Below the pieces are notes generated by a model. It saw only the letters and a program-made list of their open reading frames with translations, ran no database searches and was not told where the DNA came from. Positions 9,243 through 16,700 of a DNA stretch of 64,000 nt are shown piece after piece. Position 1 is the stretch's first letter. Each line of letters starts with the position of its first letter. Origin of the DNA: a virus; IMG/VR virus record IMGVR_UViG_3300043395_002542, positions 5,162 through 69,161 of that record; one strand, given 5' to 3'. Both the position numbers and the translations under genes were made by a program.

Positions 9243-9617
9243 ATGGAAATCTTTGACGGCTACAAACTTCGTCAGGCGATTGAAGCTTTTGGTTTTGACG
9301 TTAAATGTTCTGATCCTCTGAAGGATTGGTATTTAACTGTTGGTGACAATGCAATTTTTCTGAACTGGGAAGTTTCACGTGACAGTCTGATTGATCTGTA
9401 TCTCGAAAAGAATCGCACACATTCGATTGATTTCTTCGTCGGAGATCTTGATCTTTCTGCGATTGATTCAGAGCTGCAAGTTTATGCGCCCTGGCTTCAT
9501 TTTGAAATGATTGATCTTTGGGAGCTTGCAGAAGTTGCAAAGCGCTGCGAAAAGTGGCACGTTCGCTGCATGTTGTACGTTCAGGATTCTCCTCACGCCC
9601 CGACACTTTTTGAATAA
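9243..9617 (+). CDS. Hypothetical early protein
   Basis: ATG 9243 in ORF 9228-9617. Confidence 0.65.
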   Translation: MEIFDGYKLRQAIEAFGFDVKCSDPLKDWYLTVGDNAIFLNWEVSRDSLIDLYLEKNRTHSIDFFVGDLDLSAIDSELQVYAPWLHFEMIDLWELAEVAKRCEKWHVRCMLYVQDSPHAPTLFE

Positions 9618-9629
9618 CAATCAAATCTC

Positions 9630-9833
9630 ATGAAAAATCTAATCTCTGACAACGAAGAATTTCTCAAGAGCGTTCTTGCAATTTCTGTAGGACTTGTTCT
9701 TGGATTTACTGGCGCACATTTAATTCAGACTGCAGCAAATGATCGCGTGCAAAAAACATGCGATGACAAAATTGTTGCGATCAGAACTTTACTAACAACA
9801 GAGTCGTTTTACTGCGTTAAACAAACAGATTAA
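9630..9833 (+). CDS. Small membrane protein
   Basis: Hydrophobic helix VLAISVGLVLGFTGAHLI. Confidence 0.65.
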   Translation: MKNLISDNEEFLKSVLAISVGLVLGFTGAHLIQTAANDRVQKTCDDKIVAIRTLLTTESFYCVKQTD

Positions 9834-9931
9834 AAATTTGTTTTGCAGCTTGCTTTTCTCTGATGACTTGTTAAGATGCGTCGGCGCTCGGACTTTTATC
9901 GAGCGCTTTCGCAACTTCACTAAACAGGATC

Positions 9932-10120
9932 ATGAAGGTCTCCGTCAAGAAATTTATTCAGTCGGACATGAGTTTCTTCTGGCTCACTCTTTCTGATGGG
10001 CGCAGAACTTATTGCCGTTCGATTTCTGGAGAATTCGACAAGCGAACAGAATCTGCAGCTCGCGGAGTTATTGATGCTATCTACAACATTCGCCCTAACA
10101 ACATTAAATTTGAGATCTGA
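9932..10120 (+). CDS. Hypothetical early protein
   Basis: 62 aa ORF after TAAGAT -10 (9872) and leader hairpin GCGCTCG/CGAGCGC. Confidence 0.65.
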   Translation: MKVSVKKFIQSDMSFFWLTLSDGRRTYCRSISGEFDKRTESAARGVIDAIYNIRPNNIKFEI

Positions 10121-10121
10121 A

Positions 10122-10436
10122 ATGTTTACAAGAAAGGATTACATGTCTGGGAAATGCAATGAAAATGAATACTATTCTCAATTCTTAAACGAGAAAGTTA
10201 TTGACGTTATCAAACGTTCAGTAACTTACAAATATATTGTTCAGGCGAGAGATAAAAAAGACTTTTTTGATGTTTCGGCGCAGCAGTGGGACTTTGCTAC
10301 TGGCGCAATTCTTTGTTTGCTCGGCAAGGAACCTTTTAAGGAGCGGGGCGATTATGTCACGCACAACGGTTTAATTTGTATTGCAAAAGCTGCAGCGCGT
10401 CAAATCCTTGCAGAAAGGGAGGTGAAATTTAGTTGA
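10122..10436 (+). CDS. Hypothetical early protein
   Basis: ATG 10122 (MFTRKDYM...EYYSQF...LICIAKAAARQI). Confidence 0.7.
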   Translation: MFTRKDYMSGKCNENEYYSQFLNEKVIDVIKRSVTYKYIVQARDKKDFFDVSAQQWDFATGAILCLLGKEPFKERGDYVTHNGLICIAKAAARQILAEREVKFS

Positions 10437-10462
10437 CAGATAGCGGGGCGATGTCCTAAGAT
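10422..10462 (+). promoter_or_regulatory. Early promoter (copy 6)
   Basis: GTGAAATTTAG-TTGACA-18-TAAGAT followed by hairpin GTGCGGGA/TCCCGCAC. Confidence 0.8.
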
Positions 10463-10528
10463 ACAAAGGTGCGGGAGAGGGAGTCTTTCTTTTTCCCGCA
10501 CTGCATCAAAAATCTCATCTTCAGAAAA

Positions 10529-10717
10529 ATGACTACTTACAAAACCATTCTGTTTCGTTTTGAGGGCAAGAATAAAGTTCTCGATCGTGGGCTAACTCTT
10601 GAGCAGGCGCAAGAGATTTGCAGCGACCCGAACACTTCTTCTCGCACTTGCGAAAAAGCTGCCAACTTCAAGAAATGGGGCGATGGCCCGTGGTTTGTCG
10701 GCTACGACGAAGAATGA
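10529..10717 (+). CDS. Conserved small phage protein
   Basis: GLTLEQAQEICSDPNTSS...WFVGY motif; CAGAAAAATG start. Confidence 0.75.
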   Translation: MTTYKTILFRFEGKNKVLDRGLTLEQAQEICSDPNTSSRTCEKAANFKKWGDGPWFVGYDEE

Positions 10718-10746
10718 TTCTCTCGCAAACTTCATCTTTTAGAAAA

Positions 10747-11115
10747 ATGACTGATTTCGTTTGGACTGATTATTCACGAGGTTTTCGTGGTGGGGAATTT
10801 ACTTCTGCGCCGATTGTTGTTTTTGACGAAGATGGAGAAAAAACTACTCTGATGTTTACCGTCAAAGAATACACTTCGGAAGATACAGATTATTTTGGTG
10901 TAGAGGTTGCAAAGTGGTATCTCGAAGTAGAAATTGTCGATACTAAAAAAATCGGCGACATGCAGGAATACGACACTGCACGAACTTATGGGCTCGGCGA
11001 CGACTTTTCGCGAGCTGATTATGCTAAAGAGTTTGCAGATTTTGTTCTGCAATCTTACAAAACTCATCAGTCTTTGGCAGTTATGCCCGTGGCTGTTCTT
11101 GACGGTTATCAGTAA
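10747..11115 (+). CDS. Hypothetical early protein
   Basis: TAGAAAAATG start context. Confidence 0.65.
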   Translation: MTDFVWTDYSRGFRGGEFTSAPIVVFDEDGEKTTLMFTVKEYTSEDTDYFGVEVAKWYLEVEIVDTKKIGDMQEYDTARTYGLGDDFSRADYAKEFADFVLQSYKTHQSLAVMPVAVLDGYQ

Positions 11116-11126
11116 TTATTTTCATC

Positions 11127-11453
11127 ATGATTAAATTTCCAAGCAAAAGAGACTGTCAAGTGCTTTGGGTTTTTGCAGCACTTGAAAGATTGCAGAATCT
11201 AGGGATGATTGGCGGGGCAAATTACAGTCTCACGCCCGATGGAATTGATCTGTTCATCGAAATTGATGAGCATCGTGACGTACTTTTTGACAGCGAGCGT
11301 GATTTTGATCTGGCAGTGACACTTGTATGTCGCGACAAAAATCCTGATCACTCAGAAGAAGACATTGCTGGAATAATACAAGTTGTTAGAGATTTTCGCG
11401 ATCGACGCGAAGATCTTGTAAAGTTTGCTCTTAATGAAATTGTCAACAAATGA
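11127..11453 (+). CDS. Hypothetical early protein
   Basis: 108 aa ORF. Confidence 0.65.
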   Translation: MIKFPSKRDCQVLWVFAALERLQNLGMIGGANYSLTPDGIDLFIEIDEHRDVLFDSERDFDLAVTLVCRDKNPDHSEEDIAGIIQVVRDFRDRREDLVKFALNEIVNK

Positions 11454-11488
11454 ATGCTCGCATGAAAAACTTGTATTCCTTCTCAAAA

Positions 11489-11647
11489 ATGAAAACGTTC
11501 AGAATTCTTTTTGAGCGCAACGATCATTCGGGCAAAATAGGATGGACAACAATCGAAGAATGTTATGACATGGATGAAGCTGTTTCTTATTTTCAAAAGC
11601 ATTTCCCCGAGCAGGAAATTATTCAAGTGCGAGAAATTGCTGAGTGA
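11489..11647 (+). CDS. Small hypothetical early protein
   Basis: MKTFRILFE..., A-rich start context. Confidence 0.6.
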   Translation: MKTFRILFERNDHSGKIGWTTIEECYDMDEAVSYFQKHFPEQEIIQVREIAE

Positions 11648-11686
11648 GAGCTGATTGCTCGCCTCAGGGATTCTTTCAGCGCCGCT

Positions 11687-11769
11687 CAGAAGCCTCTGGA
11701 AGCCCGTTGTTTTGCCCGGCAGGTATCTTTCCCGCCCGAGGCAGTTTCGACGGCTCTCAGGGGCTTTTC
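11687..11769. repeat. 83 bp imperfect inverted-repeat element B
   Basis: Arms CAGAAGCCTCTGGAAGCCCGT and rc GAAAAGCCCCTGAGAGCCGT; central CTTTCCC core shared with element A. Confidence 0.55.
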
Positions 11770-11804
11770 CGCGAGGGCTAAAAGGTGACTGCATTTAAGA
11801 AAAA

Positions 11805-12266
11805 ATGAGATTCTTCACTGCTGCAGAAGTTCAAAGAAGATTGCGTGCAACAAAAACTTATTTGATGAAGTATAGAAATCAAAGAATTAAATTTCTGTGC
11901 TCGCACAATCTCCCCAGACTTGAACTTTTGTATTACGACGCAGAAGATGAAATGAATTTTATTTGTGCGAGTGAGTTGAAAGAAGATGCGTTTAAGAAGG
12001 TTGTACGAGAGAATCTAGATTTATTTGCTGATGAAAATAATTACAAGCACATGAGTTTATCTGATTATGTAGATTCTCATTGTGCGCAACTTCAACAGCT
12101 ATTTACTTTTACGTGTTTTTATTTATGTGATACGCAAGGAAAAAATTTGTTCAAGGTGATAATTTGTCTCGGGAGTTTACATCATGCGCCGAGACTTCTT
12201 TATCGCGATGAGCTGTTAAATAGAACGTATTATGAAAAATTAGTTGCTTATGATGATTTGCAGTGA
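11805..12266 (+). CDS. Hypothetical protein
   Basis: 153 aa AT-rich ORF. Confidence 0.6.
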   Translation: MRFFTAAEVQRRLRATKTYLMKYRNQRIKFLCSHNLPRLELLYYDAEDEMNFICASELKEDAFKKVVRENLDLFADENNYKHMSLSDYVDSHCAQLQQLFTFTCFYLCDTQGKNLFKVIICLGSLHHAPRLLYRDELLNRTYYEKLVAYDDLQ

Positions 12267-12294
12267 GTGCTCGTTCCTTGCAAAAACTGGTGTC

Positions 12295-12332
12295 GAAATT
12301 TACTTGACATGCGATCCTTGAGGGCTTACAAT
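12295..12332 (+). promoter_or_regulatory. Early promoter (copy 7)
   Basis: GAAATTTAC-TTGACA-17-TACAAT followed by leader hairpin. Confidence 0.8.
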
Positions 12333-12399
12333 GTAGGAGTCGGAAGGGAAAGAAATTTCTTTTTCGATCACAACTGAATCTTTCGCTTTTCAAAAAATC

Positions 12400-12759
12400 A
12401 TGAGCAATCAGCAGCTTTTTGGTCTTGGCGAAATTGCACTCGTCGCCACCAAGACTTTTCGTTACAAAGATCAATTTTCGTTCAGGTATTATTTCAACAC
12501 TTGGAAAAAGGTTGAGCACTGCGGTGAAAATTGCGTTCTGTTTGAGCGTTTTTATGTTCATGCAGAAGCTGTTGACATTGCGTACAAAATTGCAGTGCAG
12601 CATCTTTATCGTGAGCTGAACGAAAAAGTTGACGGCGCTGAACTTATTTCTGACTCGCTTGTTTTTGTTGGTGACAAACAGTACGAGGTCTCGCTGAATG
12701 TTCAGCACGAAGAAGTAATTTTCGATGACGCAGAGGATTTCGCTTATTGCTGTGATTGA
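12400..12759 (+). CDS. Hypothetical early protein
   Basis: 119 aa ORF after promoter. Confidence 0.7.
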   Translation: MSNQQLFGLGEIALVATKTFRYKDQFSFRYYFNTWKKVEHCGENCVLFERFYVHAEAVDIAYKIAVQHLYRELNEKVDGAELISDSLVFVGDKQYEVSLNVQHEEVIFDDAEDFAYCCD

Positions 12760-12798
12760 TTTCTGATCATTTCTAACTTTTCACATCGCAAACAGAAA

Positions 12799-13059
12799 AT
12801 GAACTATCGCGCCCCTTTGTTTCTCAACGACAAAAAAGAAGTTGACTACGATGTTTGGCAGCTTCTGACAGATGCGCAAAAAGCAAAACTTTGCACTTGG
12901 GCAATGATTCTTGAGGTGCAAGTCAAAGAAATGCTTGCTGATGCAAAGTTTATGGTTGAGCAAATTAACTCTGACAGCCAAGAAGTTTTCTTGTTCGGAA
13001 TGTTGCCGAACTGCAAACTTTATGGGTGTGTTGCGCCCGATGGTTCTTCTCACACTTAA
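12799..13059 (+). CDS. Hypothetical early protein
   Basis: 86 aa ORF, ACAGAAAATG start, ends PDGSSHT. Confidence 0.7.
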   Translation: MNYRAPLFLNDKKEVDYDVWQLLTDAQKAKLCTWAMILEVQVKEMLADAKFMVEQINSDSQEVFLFGMLPNCKLYGCVAPDGSSHT

Positions 13060-13079
13060 TTTTCACTCGCATTAGAAAA

Positions 13080-13214
13080 ATGATTGATCACGAACAACTT
13101 GCGCAAGAGTCACAACTTTTCCCGTGGCTCGATTCTGATTGCATGAGCGATAGTTTCATCGAAGAAGACTTTTTCGATGAAGCAAATCTTTTTGATGAAA
13201 TGGACGAGGATTGA
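13080..13214 (+). CDS. Very acidic 44 aa peptide
   Basis: TAGAAAAATG start; D/E/F-rich. Confidence 0.55.
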   Translation: MIDHEQLAQESQLFPWLDSDCMSDSFIEEDFFDEANLFDEMDED

Positions 13215-13218
13215 TCTT

Positions 13219-13380
13219 ATGTATTTTATCAATCGTCAATCTAATAACTATCACGAAACTGTTGATGAGTATGAAACAAAAGCAGAGGCGTTGAAAGTTT
13301 TGCCCGAGTATCAATTCTCTGAACACGGGCGAGCTTTTTATTATGTTAGTCAAGTTTCTCAAAACAACTGGAAAAATTGA
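13219..13380 (+). CDS. Small hypothetical protein
   Basis: ETVDEYETKAEA...EYQ motif. Confidence 0.65.
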   Translation: MYFINRQSNNYHETVDEYETKAEALKVLPEYQFSEHGRAFYYVSQVSQNNWKN

Positions 13381-13730
13381 TCATGAACAAAGAAATTAAA
13401 GCTCGCTGGGTTGAAGCATTGCGTTCTGGAAATTATGAACAGGGTAGATACAACTTGCGACATCAAAATCAATTTTGTTGCTTAGGAGTTTTGTGCGATG
13501 TAGTAAAAGATGAAGTGGGTTGTAATTGGTTGCCCGCGCAAGATGATTTCAGTGGTTACAGATTTGATGAGGCCGATGAAATTTTGCCCAAGGTCGTAGC
13601 TGAATACGCGGACTTACAACTTTCGCCCAGACTCAAAACTTCTCAAGGCGTAGTTGAAATTGCAAATCTAAATGATTCGGCTGAGTATTCTTTTGAGCAA
13701 CTAGCAGATTTGATTGAGGAGCAATTTTAA
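13377..13730 (+). CDS. Conserved phage hypothetical protein
   Basis: WVEALRSGNYEQG...FCCLGVLCD...LND..SFEQLADLIE family motif. Confidence 0.8.
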   Translation: MIMNKEIKARWVEALRSGNYEQGRYNLRHQNQFCCLGVLCDVVKDEVGCNWLPAQDDFSGYRFDEADEILPKVVAEYADLQLSPRLKTSQGVVEIANLNDSAEYSFEQLADLIEEQF

Positions 13731-13796
13731 TGATGTGATTGTTATTTTGTAAGTAACAGGAAATTAGGGACTTTCACGCCTCGCCCAACGGCGCAG

Positions 13797-13823
13797 AAAC
13801 CTCGCTCAGCGCGAGGTTTTTTT
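13797..13823 (+). terminator. Intrinsic terminator closing the early region
   Basis: AAACCTCGC-TCAGC-GCGAGGTTT plus T-run. Confidence 0.8.
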
Positions 13824-13861
13824 GTGCTTGCAACTTGTTGTTGCTCGCACAAGCTTTTTTA

Positions 13862-13890
13862 TTGCGCCCGAGCTTTTCGTGTGATACTAT
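13862..13890 (+). promoter_or_regulatory. Promoter of TerS-like gene
   Basis: TTGCGC-17-TACTAT. Confidence 0.5.
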
Positions 13891-13913
13891 CTTTTCACGC
13901 ACTAACTCTTTTT

Positions 13914-14555
13914 ATGAGCGATCTTAACTTCTCTGATCAAGAAATCTTCTCTGATGATGATTCTGATTTACAAGATCTAAATGTTGAAGAATCGAATCTA
14001 TTCGCGCAAGACTCTAACGCAATTTTGCATGAACATCTTAATACAAAAAGTTTTTTTATTAGACAGGGTGGTGCAATTAATGAGAGTCAAAAAGAATTTG
14101 AATTGTTCGATTTCTACGCGAAGTGCGGTGGTGGTAGATCTTACAATTATATCAGCGCAATATTTAATTTGCAAGAGTCGAGAGTAGCTCAGATTGCAAA
14201 GAAAAATAATTGGGCACAACGTGTAGCTGATTATGATCGTAATGAGTTTGCAAATAAATTACAGCTTGAGAAAGATGCAAGAGCAATTGAACATAAGCGC
14301 AAACTAGAAGAATATCGCTCTCAACAAGAATTTCTAGGGCGTGCTCTTTCTCATGATGCTGCAAAACTTGCGCAACTAGCTAATCGTACTTTAGATGAGT
14401 ATCTAAATTCTGATCGCGCTTTAGATATGCGTGACATTCCTAGCATTTTGAACAGCGCTGCAAAAGTTGCTGAAGTTGCAAAAAGTTTGCAATCTAATGC
14501 TCTGGGCGTTGATCAACTACTTATTGCACTTGAAGAAGCAGATTTCGATGAGTAA
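13914..14555 (+). CDS. Putative terminase small subunit (HTH + coiled coil)
   Basis: ES..EFELF.FY...GGGRS...W..RV.DYD pattern typical of TerS-like HTH proteins; lies upstream of TerL. Confidence 0.6.
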   Translation: MSDLNFSDQEIFSDDDSDLQDLNVEESNLFAQDSNAILHEHLNTKSFFIRQGGAINESQKEFELFDFYAKCGGGRSYNYISAIFNLQESRVAQIAKKNNWAQRVADYDRNEFANKLQLEKDARAIEHKRKLEEYRSQQEFLGRALSHDAAKLAQLANRTLDEYLNSDRALDMRDIPSILNSAAKVAEVAKSLQSNALGVDQLLIALEEADFDE

Positions 14556-14750
14556 TAGCTTTCGGAGTCGGCAAACATTTAATGTAGACGGCTTTTATCG
14601 TCTCTCATCTTTAGTTACTAAATATCCTAAATAAGTGTTCCCGAAATCGACTGCGCCGCAATAAGTTTCAGCCATGCTGCGATAGTATTTTCTCGCCGTT
14701 GCTCTAGTGAGCGACTGCGTTCTTATGTTGAGTCTAGAGCTTTCTCACTC

Positions 14751-15182
14751 ATGCCGAATTTTGCAGATCAGCGCGGAAAAGAAATGTTCAAAAACTTAAT
14801 TGTTAAACGAAAAATACTAGGACTGACAACTTTTGACCTTGCGCTTTTTGGTTATTTGGCATTCATTTCTCGCAGCAGAGTTATTATTTCTGTCACCACA
14901 GCAGAACTTGCAGAGATAGTAGAAGAGCCCTATCAGAAAGTTTCTGCATCTATTAAAAAATTCATTCATCTAGATTTATTAAAGAAAGTGAAATATAAAA
15001 ACCATTCAGGCCTAATGATTTCACCATTGATAATTAACAATGGCGGGATGAAAACAAAGACATTCAAGGTAAAATTATGGCAGGGCGAACTTAACATTCA
15101 ACAACCAAAAGAAATTAAGTTTGAGCGAATTTATCCCATTCAACGCAAATCTAAAAATGATGAAAATTTGCATTCATCTTAA
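14751..15182 (+). CDS. Winged-HTH DNA-binding protein, RepL-like
   Basis: TTAELAEIV...VSASIKKFIHLDLLKK....LMISP resembles RepL-type wHTH; followed directly by a repeat array. Confidence 0.5.
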   Translation: MPNFADQRGKEMFKNLIVKRKILGLTTFDLALFGYLAFISRSRVIISVTTAELAEIVEEPYQKVSASIKKFIHLDLLKKVKYKNHSGLMISPLIINNGGMKTKTFKVKLWQGELNIQQPKEIKFERIYPIQRKSKNDENLHSS

Positions 15183-15445
15183 AATTTGCATTCATCTATA
15201 AAATTTCATTCATTCATAAATTTTGCATTCATCTATAAATTTGCATTCATCTAAAGTTTCGCATTCGCATAAATTTCACAGACGCGTAAATTTTATAAGT
15301 TGCATAAATTTTGCACTTGCGCAAATTTTGCAAGCGTGCTAAAATTTCACAGATGCTAAAATTTTACAATGTATAAAAATTATTGCAATTACAAAAGTTT
15401 TATAAATGCAAAAATTTTACAACTTACAAAAATTATAAATGCAAA
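15163..15445 (+). repeat. AT-rich degenerate tandem array (~16 units of 17-18 bp, AAAATTTGCATTCATCT)
   Basis: Units visible directly and decay left to right; line 15361-15420 has 9/60 G+C. Confidence 0.85.
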
Positions 15446-15691
15446 CTGAATCTGTAAAGTATAAATAAATTTTGCAATGTGCTAAATGTTAAACAGCAAT
15501 CGTTAAATGTTAAATAGTAATCGTTGTTTTATACTTTACACTTTACTGATTCTATAATTGATGCAAACTAGCTAACAGTGTGACAGCTTGCTAACTTGCA
15601 CAGCGTGGTGTGGATGGGTCCCGATCGGTGCTGTAGGATTGGCGCAAGCCGGAAGGAACCCGGCCCCCAAACAATCCGATAGGACCCACAG

Positions 15692-16210
15692 ATGACCCGC
15701 ACCAACAAAGCCGCCGCCGCTTCCCCCGCTCCCGAGAACGGCAACAACCGCCGTCCCCTGCCCACCGGCAAAGCCGGCCCGGTCCGCACCGTGAAGGCAG
15801 AGTCCGGCGCTGATCTCACTGACGACGCCATCGCCGCGCTACTGGCCAACGCGATGGTGGAGAAGGTCAAGCCGGCCCGCGCCGCCGCCAGCCCCCGCGT
15901 TACCCTGACCGCCGAGGCGGCCGCCACGTTCGCCGCGATGGGGTGGAACGCCCCCCGCGTTGACCACACCCACACGTGGAAGCACAACGCCGAGCAGACC
16001 CGCTTCAACGAGTGCAAGGGATCCCGCCCTTACACCGTCGCCGTGCAGCTCCTGCAGTCCGGCCCGCTCACCCTTGAGACCCTCGGCCGTATCTGGCTCC
16101 GCAACGGCAACGAGCCTGCCAAGCTGAACGCCATTGCCAAGCAGCTTGCCAACCGTGCCGGCTGCCCCGTGCAGCAGATCGGCGACCGTTTGCAGCTGGT
16201 GACCGCCTGA
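15692..16210 (+). CDS. GC-rich hypothetical protein, possible C-terminal HTH
   Basis: 172 aa, strongly GC3-biased codons, upstream GGA and TAGGAT -10. Confidence 0.7.
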   Translation: MTRTNKAAAASPAPENGNNRRPLPTGKAGPVRTVKAESGADLTDDAIAALLANAMVEKVKPARAAASPRVTLTAEAAATFAAMGWNAPRVDHTHTWKHNAEQTRFNECKGSRPYTVAVQLLQSGPLTLETLGRIWLRNGNEPAKLNAIAKQLANRAGCPVQQIGDRLQLVTA

Positions 16211-16275
16211 CGCATCACGACCACGACCACCAGGGGCCGCACCCCGGCCCCTCAACCACACACCGACAGGACCCC

Positions 16276-16464
16276 ATGCCTCGCATCCTCTCAGCCATCG
16301 CAGCCGCCACCCTTACCGTTACCCTCAGTGCCGGCATGATCGAAACCACCCGCACCATTGACCGCGCCCTCGCATGGCACGCCTGCCTGACCGAACAACA
16401 ACGGGCCGGCCTTTATAAAGAGTCGCACGCTATCTGTAGAGGCAAACTACAAAACAACGTCTAA
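16276..16464 (+). CDS. Small secreted/membrane protein
   Basis: AGGA upstream, N-terminal hydrophobic segment. Confidence 0.6.
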   Translation: MPRILSAIAAATLTVTLSAGMIETTRTIDRALAWHACLTEQQRAGLYKESHAICRGKLQNNV

Positions 16465-16479
16465 CCGTTAAAAGTTAGA

Positions 16480-16502
16480 ACCCCCCGAAACTTACGGGGG
16501 GT
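16480..16502 (+). terminator. Hairpin/possible terminator at end of GC island
   Basis: ACCCCCCG-AAACTTA-CGGGGGGT; lacks a clear U-tract. Confidence 0.4.
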
Positions 16503-16700
16503 GACCACCTCGCCAGGAGGGGGGACACTACCCGTCAGCACAAATTTTTTTTGGCTATTCTGTGACCGAATACAAAATGTAACTGCATTTCTTTTTCTAT
16601 ATGAACCCAACACTTCAAGAAATAATAACTGTAATGACGATCTATGTAATTGTATGCTGCATTGCCGTGTATATTATGTCCAAAATACTCGATTGACTCA

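Noticed and set aside
15163-15445. Repeat array as a CRISPR or mini-CRISPR
   Set aside because: Units are adjacent 17-18 bp with no unique spacers, and no cas genes are present
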